From Vicinamibacteria bacterium (GTDB taxonomy: Bacteria; Acidobacteriota; Vicinamibacteria; Marinacidobacterales; Marinacidobacteraceae): 64,000 nucleotides of DNA. Shown here in pieces: positions 56,876 through 64,000 of the stretch. The translations under genes were made by a program, and so were the position numbers. The notes below the pieces were generated by a model. The model saw only the letters and a list, made by a program, of their open reading frames with translations. It was not told the DNA's origin and searched no databases. The stretch is from contig CBDATA010000001.1 of the NCBI GenBank assembly GCA_965199715.1, positions 64,001 through 128,000 on the forward strand. The letters run 5' to 3'. Each line of letters starts with the position of its first letter. Position 1 is the stretch's first letter.

Positions 56876-59140
56876 ATGTCGACGAGGCGCGTCGCCCCGT
56901 GGTTCGCGCTCGCGCTGCTGTCCGGCCCCGCGGCGCCCGCCCAGGAACAGGAGGCGCAGGAGGAAGAGGAGTCGGTCCCCAACTTCGCCGAGACGCTCGT
57001 GGTGACGGCGTCGCGCGCCGAAGCGGAAATCATCAACGTCCCGGCGCCGGTGGCCGTCGTGGATCTCGACGAGATCGAAACGCAGGGGTCCTCCAATTTC
57101 GCCGACCTGGTTCGCCAGACTCCCGGCGCCAACGTCATCCAGACCTCGAACCGCGACTTCTCGGTGACGACCCGGGGCGCCACCGAGACGCTCGCGACGT
57201 CCCAGCTGGTGCTGGTCGATGGGCGCTCGGTCTATCAGGACTTCTTCGGCTTCGTCGCCTGGGACCTGATCTCCACCCAGATGGACGACCTCGAGCAGGT
57301 CGAGGTCGTGCGCGGCCCGACGTCCGCCGTGTGGGGCGCGAACGCCATGAGCGGCGTCGTCAACCTCATCACGAAGAAGCCGCGCGACCAGGAGGGCACC
57401 AGCCTCGACGTCCGCTACGGGTTCTTCGACCGCACGGCTCCGGGCAACGACCTGGATCCGGGCAGCACGTATTCGGTGACCGCGACGCACGCGCAGGCGC
57501 CGACCGACGAGCTGGCGTGGCGGCTCTCGCTCGGACACTCGCATTCGGACGGGTTCGCCCGCCCCGCCGGAGAGATCCCGAACGGGTCCGGCGCGCGCTG
57601 GCCCGAGTACGGGACGATCCAGTCGCGAAACCCGAAGGCCGACTTCCGGCTCGACTGGGACGCGCCGGACGGCGGCTCGGGACTGATCGCCAGCGCCGGA
57701 TACTCGGGTTCCGAGGGAGTCCTGCATTCCGGGGTCGGGCCGTTCCGGATGAAGCCGGGCACCCGCATGGCCTACGGACGGCTGCAATACCTGCGCGGAT
57801 CCATGGAGATCGGGGCGTTCCTGAACTCGACCGACGGGGCCGCCGACACCCTCGTGGTGCGCGACGTCAGGGGCGACCCGCTGGAGTCGATCCTCCAGTC
57901 GAACACGTGGGACATGAGCTTCAAGGATCAGCGCCTCCTCGGCGGCAAGCACCTCGTCACCTACGGCGGCAACGCCCGGCTGATCACGTGGAAGTACGAC
58001 CTCGCCGACGCGAATCCGAACCGCAACGAGATCGGGGCGTACGTCAACGACGAGTTCTTCATCAACGACCGGCTGCGCTGGGTGATCGGCGCCCGCGCCG
58101 ACCGGATCAGCGCCCTCGATTCGGTCGTGGTCTCGCCGAGGACCACGCTCATCTTCAAGCCGACCCCGCGCCACTCGATCCGGGCGTCGTACAACCGCGC
58201 CTTTCGGGCGCCGTCGCTCACGAACCACTACCTGCGGATGCCGCTCATCACCCCGTTGGAGCTCGATCTTCGTCCCGCGTTCCGCGCCTTCCTGCCGGCC
58301 GGCGCGGTCCCCGACGAAGCGCTACCGAAGCCGGTGCGCTACGCGCTCCCGAGCCTCGTCGCCGGCAACCCCGCCCTGTTCCAGGAGAACCGCACGGCTT
58401 GGGAGGTCGGCTGGACCGGGGCGCTCGGCGACCGGGTGACCGGCTCGGTCTCGGCGTACGTCAACGAGACCGACGACAACATCGACGGGACCGACACCGA
58501 GTTCTACGGCGCCGGGAATCCGCCGCCGGGCTGGAACGAGGCCTTCTCCGAGGTCCAGCAGTTCGTGGCCGGCCTCGACGCCGCCGCGCCGGGCCTCCTT
58601 CCGCCCGAGATCGCGATCCTCGGCGAGAACCCCGCCTACCTGATCCCCCTGTTCGAGGCGCTCGCCAGCGTGGAGCTTCCCTCGCTCGTCACCTACGTGA
58701 ACCGGGAGTACAGCCGCGACTCGGGGTTCGAGGTCGCGCTGCGCGCCTCGCTCACCCAGGACGTGAGCGCCAACGTGAACTACTCGTGGCAGCGCGAACC
58801 CGTCTTCCGGGGCTTCTCCGCCGACGACGTCAGCGAGATTCCGGCGCCGCCGACACACCGCCTCAACGTGGGCCTCAACGGGACGTTCGGCGTCATCCGG
58901 GCGGGGGTCACCGCCAACTACAGCGACGGCGCGTACTGGACCGACGTGCTCACCGCCCGGTTCCACGGGTGGACCGAGGCCTTCACGATGGTCAACGCCA
59001 CCGTCTCGGCCGAGCTCCAGGAGGGTCGGATCAAGCCCTCGCTGCGCGTCACGAACCTGCTCAACCAGGAAATCCAGCAGCACTTCTTCGGCGATTACCT
59101 GAAGCGGCAGGTCAGCCTCGGGATCCGCTTCGCGTTCTGA
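56876..59140 (+). CDS. TonB-dependent receptor (paralog 1)
   Basis: TonB box ETLVVTASR, plug LVLVDGRSVY, QVEVVRGP.SAVWGANAMSGVVNLITK, C-terminal Phe. Confidence 0.93.
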   Translation: MSTRRVAPWFALALLSGPAAPAQEQEAQEEEESVPNFAETLVVTASRAEAEIINVPAPVAVVDLDEIETQGSSNFADLVRQTPGANVIQTSNRDFSVTTRGATETLATSQLVLVDGRSVYQDFFGFVAWDLISTQMDDLEQVEVVRGPTSAVWGANAMSGVVNLITKKPRDQEGTSLDVRYGFFDRTAPGNDLDPGSTYSVTATHAQAPTDELAWRLSLGHSHSDGFARPAGEIPNGSGARWPEYGTIQSRNPKADFRLDWDAPDGGSGLIASAGYSGSEGVLHSGVGPFRMKPGTRMAYGRLQYLRGSMEIGAFLNSTDGAADTLVVRDVRGDPLESILQSNTWDMSFKDQRLLGGKHLVTYGGNARLITWKYDLADANPNRNEIGAYVNDEFFINDRLRWVIGARADRISALDSVVVSPRTTLIFKPTPRHSIRASYNRAFRAPSLTNHYLRMPLITPLELDLRPAFRAFLPAGAVPDEALPKPVRYALPSLVAGNPALFQENRTAWEVGWTGALGDRVTGSVSAYVNETDDNIDGTDTEFYGAGNPPPGWNEAFSEVQQFVAGLDAAAPGLLPPEIAILGENPAYLIPLFEALASVELPSLVTYVNREYSRDSGFEVALRASLTQDVSANVNYSWQREPVFRGFSADDVSEIPAPPTHRLNVGLNGTFGVIRAGVTANYSDGAYWTDVLTARFHGWTEAFTMVNATVSAELQEGRIKPSLRVTNLLNQEIQQHFFGDYLKRQVSLGIRFAF
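57089..57670 (+). repeat. Near-identical direct repeat, copy 1 (offset 2373 bp)
   Basis: Matches 59462-60043 except a 25-nt patch (57178-57202) and two SNPs (57320, 57448), by manual comparison. Confidence 0.9.
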
Positions 59141-59203
59141 GGCCGGGCGGCTCCATTCCGCTATATTCACCGCCGAACGCGGCAGCGGGAAGCGAGGAAG
59201 ATC

Positions 59204-61513
59204 ATGTCCGGAGAACTCGGGAATCGACTGAGGACGCGATGGCTCGCGCTGGTCCTGCTTCCGGGGCTGGCGGCGGCCGCCCAGGCCCAGGAACCGGAGG
59301 AGCAGCCGCCGCCCGCCGAGGCGGAAGAAGAGGAGGAGTCCGGGCCGGCCCCGCACTTCGCCGAGACGCTGGTCGTGACCGCGTCTCGGGCCGAGGTCGA
59401 GATCATCAACGTCCCGGCGCCCGTGGCCGTCGTGGACCTTGACCAGATCGAGACCCAAGCTTCCTCCAATTTCGCCGACCTGGTTCGCCAGACTCCCGGC
59501 GCCAACGTCATCCAGACCTCGAACCGCGACTTCTCGGTGACGACCCGGGGACGCACCGGCACGCTGGCCACCTCGCAGCTGGTGCTGGTCGATGGGCGCT
59601 CGGTCTATCAGGACTTCTTCGGCTTCGTCGCCTGGGACCTGATCTCCACCCAGATGGACGACCTCGAGCAGGTCGAGGTCGTGCGCGGCCCGGCGTCCGC
59701 CGTGTGGGGCGCGAACGCCATGAGCGGCGTCGTCAACCTCATCACGAAGAAGCCGCGCGACCAGGAGGGCACCAGCCTCGACGTCCGCTACGGGTTCTTC
59801 GACCGCACGGCTCCGGGCAATGACCTGGATCCGGGCAGCACGTATTCGGTGACCGCGACGCACGCGCAGGCGCCGACCGACGAGCTGGCGTGGCGGCTCT
59901 CGCTCGGACACTCGCATTCGGACGGGTTCGCCCGCCCCGCCGGAGAGATCCCGAACGGGTCCGGCGCGCGCTGGCCCGAGTACGGGACGATCCAGTCGCG
60001 AAACCCGAAGGCCGACTTCCGGCTCGACTGGGACGCGCCGGACCGCCGGTCGGGCTTCATCGCGTCGGGCGGATACTCCACGACTGAGGGAATCCTGCAC
60101 AGCGGCGTGGGGCCGTTCCACCTCCAGCCGGGGACCGCCATGAGCTACGGGCGTGTCCAGTACACCCGCGACTCCATGGAGATCGGCGCGTTCATGAACC
60201 GGACGGACGGCGAATTCAAGACGACCGTCACCCGGGATCCCATGGGCGCCATCCTTGACGGAACCCTCGTGTCCAACACGTGGGACCTGAGCTTCAAGGA
60301 CCAGCGTTTCCTCGGCGGCAAGCACCTCGTGACCTACGGCGGGAACTTCCGCTTCGTCAACTGGGATCTCACGCTGGCCGACGACAACCCGACCCGCAAC
60401 GAGCTCGGGGTGTACGTCAACGACGAGTTCTTCATCAACGACCGGCTGCGCTGGGTGGTCGGCGCCCGCGCCGACCGGATCAGCGTCCTCGATTCGGTCG
60501 TGCTCTCGCCGAGAACCACGCTCATCTTCAAGCCGACCCCGCTCCACTCGATCCGGGCTTCCTACAACCGGGCGTTCCGGGCGCCGTCGCTCGCGAACAA
60601 CCACCTGCGGATTCCGATCGGCTCTCCGGCCGTGTTCGACCTGCGGGGCGCGTTCCGCTCGTTCTTCCCGACGCTGAACGTCCCCGACTCGGCGCTTCCG
60701 GCGCCGGTGAACTTCACGCTCCCGCTGTTCGCGGCCGGCAACACGGCTCTCGGCCAGGAAAACCGGACGGCGTGGGAGGTCGGCTGGACCGGCGCGCTCG
60801 GCAACCGGATGACCGGCTCGTTCACGGCGTACGTCAACGAGACCGACGACAACATCGACTTCACCGACACCGCGTTCTACGGCGCCGAAAACGCGCCCGA
60901 GGGATGGAACGAGGCCTTCGCCGAGGTCTCCCAGTTCGTCGCCGCGCTCGACGCCGCCGCGCCGGGCCTCATTCCGCCCAGCGTCGCGGCCATCGGCCAG
61001 GACGCCGCCTACCTCATCCCGCTGCTCGAGGCGCTGGCCGACGTGCAGCTTCCCTCCACGCTCTCCTACGTGAACCGCGAGTACATCCGGGATTCGGGCT
61101 TCGAGGTCGGCCTGCGCGCCGAGCTCACGCGCAACGTCAGCGCCAACGTGAACTACTCATGGCAGGCCGAGCCCTCCTTCCGCGGCTTCTCCGCCGACGA
61201 CATCGAGGAGATCCCGGCGCCGCCCACGCACCGGTTCAATGTCGGGATCAACGGCACGTTCGGCGCGGTGCAGGCGGGCGTGACCGCGAACTACAGCGAC
61301 GGGGCGCTATGGACCGACGTGCTGACCTCCGAGTACCACGGCTGGACCGACGCGTACACCATGGTCAATGCAACCATCTCGGCCGAGCTCCAGGAGGGAC
61401 GGATCAAGCCCTCGATCCGCGTCATCAACCTGCTCAACCAGGACATCCAGCAGCACTTCTTCGGCGACTACCTGAAGCGCCAGGTGAACGTCGGCGTCCG
61501 GTTCGGGTTCTGA
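59204..61513 (+). CDS. TonB-dependent receptor (paralog 2)
   Basis: Same architecture as paralog 1; ends VGVRFGF. Confidence 0.93.
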   Translation: MSGELGNRLRTRWLALVLLPGLAAAAQAQEPEEQPPPAEAEEEEESGPAPHFAETLVVTASRAEVEIINVPAPVAVVDLDQIETQASSNFADLVRQTPGANVIQTSNRDFSVTTRGRTGTLATSQLVLVDGRSVYQDFFGFVAWDLISTQMDDLEQVEVVRGPASAVWGANAMSGVVNLITKKPRDQEGTSLDVRYGFFDRTAPGNDLDPGSTYSVTATHAQAPTDELAWRLSLGHSHSDGFARPAGEIPNGSGARWPEYGTIQSRNPKADFRLDWDAPDRRSGFIASGGYSTTEGILHSGVGPFHLQPGTAMSYGRVQYTRDSMEIGAFMNRTDGEFKTTVTRDPMGAILDGTLVSNTWDLSFKDQRFLGGKHLVTYGGNFRFVNWDLTLADDNPTRNELGVYVNDEFFINDRLRWVVGARADRISVLDSVVLSPRTTLIFKPTPLHSIRASYNRAFRAPSLANNHLRIPIGSPAVFDLRGAFRSFFPTLNVPDSALPAPVNFTLPLFAAGNTALGQENRTAWEVGWTGALGNRMTGSFTAYVNETDDNIDFTDTAFYGAENAPEGWNEAFAEVSQFVAALDAAAPGLIPPSVAAIGQDAAYLIPLLEALADVQLPSTLSYVNREYIRDSGFEVGLRAELTRNVSANVNYSWQAEPSFRGFSADDIEEIPAPPTHRFNVGINGTFGAVQAGVTANYSDGALWTDVLTSEYHGWTDAYTMVNATISAELQEGRIKPSIRVINLLNQDIQQHFFGDYLKRQVNVGVRFGF
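59462..60043 (+). repeat. Near-identical direct repeat, copy 2
   Basis: See copy 1. Confidence 0.9.
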
Positions 61514-61522
61514 GGCGGGGCC

Positions 61523-63496
<1,974 letters not shown>

Positions 63497-63544
63497 GCCC
63501 CGGGACCTCCTCCCGCTCCCGACCGCGTCGGGAAGGCGCAGCGG

Positions 63545-64000
63545 TTACCGATACGAGTCCAGAATCTCGTCGAAGGCCACGCGCGACGGGCGGAGGTGAT
63601 CCTCCCCCAGCGACGCCAGCGGCTCCTCGACGAGGTCGAGGACGTCGAGAAGCGTGCTCTTGCTCGGATCCACGTACAGGAGGCCGGTCAGGAACAGGTT
63701 CTTCTCGGTGGCCTCGAGGAGGAGCTCCCGCGCCTCGTGCCGGCTCGTCGGATCGTAGTCCCGGTCCAGCTTCCGCAGCTTCACCCACGAACCGTCGTGG
63801 AGCTGCACTTCCTGGTCCGCGCCCTCCTTGTAGTCCACCTCGATCTGCTCGAGCGCCGGCACGAAGTCCAGCATGTGGATGGGCTCCTCGTTGGACTTGC
63901 CCCAGGTGTAGCTCTTGGTGGAGCTGGCGTGGTTGTTGAACGTGACGCAGGGGCTGAGGATGTCGAGGACCGCGGTGCCGTTGTGCGAGAGCGCCCCGCG
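63545..64000 (-). CDS. 2-oxoacid:ferredoxin oxidoreductase beta subunit, C-terminal part (truncated by window edge)
   Basis: H.GTAVLDILSPCVTFNNH..STKSY, HDGS, YDPT.R, TGLLYVD. Confidence 0.85.
   Translation of the reverse strand, partial: RGALSHNGTAVLDILSPCVTFNNHASSTKSYTWGKSNEEPIHMLDFVPALEQIEVDYKEGADQEVQLHDGSWVKLRKLDRDYDPTSRHEARELLLEATEKNLFLTGLLYVDPSKSTLLDVLDLVEEPLASLGEDHLRPSRVAFDEILDSYR

Overview
Very GC-rich (roughly 70% by eye), gene-dense bacterial chromosome segment. It is diderm (TonB-dependent receptors, TolC), and the gene context tentatively suggests Acidobacteriota (inference). It carries mostly housekeeping genes: apaH/ppx, phoB-phoR, rnr, two tRNA-Leu, tig-clpP-clpX-engB-rho, rpmE-prfA-prmC, lspA-lgt-rluD-pyrRBC, truA-uppS-cdsA, dxr-rseP, tgt-yajC-secD-secF, tonB-tonB-exbB-exbD-exbD-TPR, rel and mrp. 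These are interspersed with secreted peptidases/amidohydrolases and three TonB-dependent receptors. No integrase, transposase, CRISPR array or rRNA was seen. Most notable observations: (1) both pseudouridine synthase genes (rluD, truA) lack a usable ATG/GTG/TTG start and have an in-frame ACG behind a Shine-Dalgarno motif; (2) a TBDR plus two uncharacterised lipoproteins is divergent from phoBR, with a 4x11-bp PHO-box-like array between them, next to ppx/apaH; (3) TANNNT -10 boxes recur just upstream of start codons, often back to back at divergent genes; (4) two tandem TBDR paralogs share a ~580-bp near-identical tract interrupted by a divergent plug-loop patch; (5) CdsA-TPR, HEAT-cyclophilin and HCF101-like Mrp domain fusions, and an inversion of dxr-rseP relative to uppS-cdsA.
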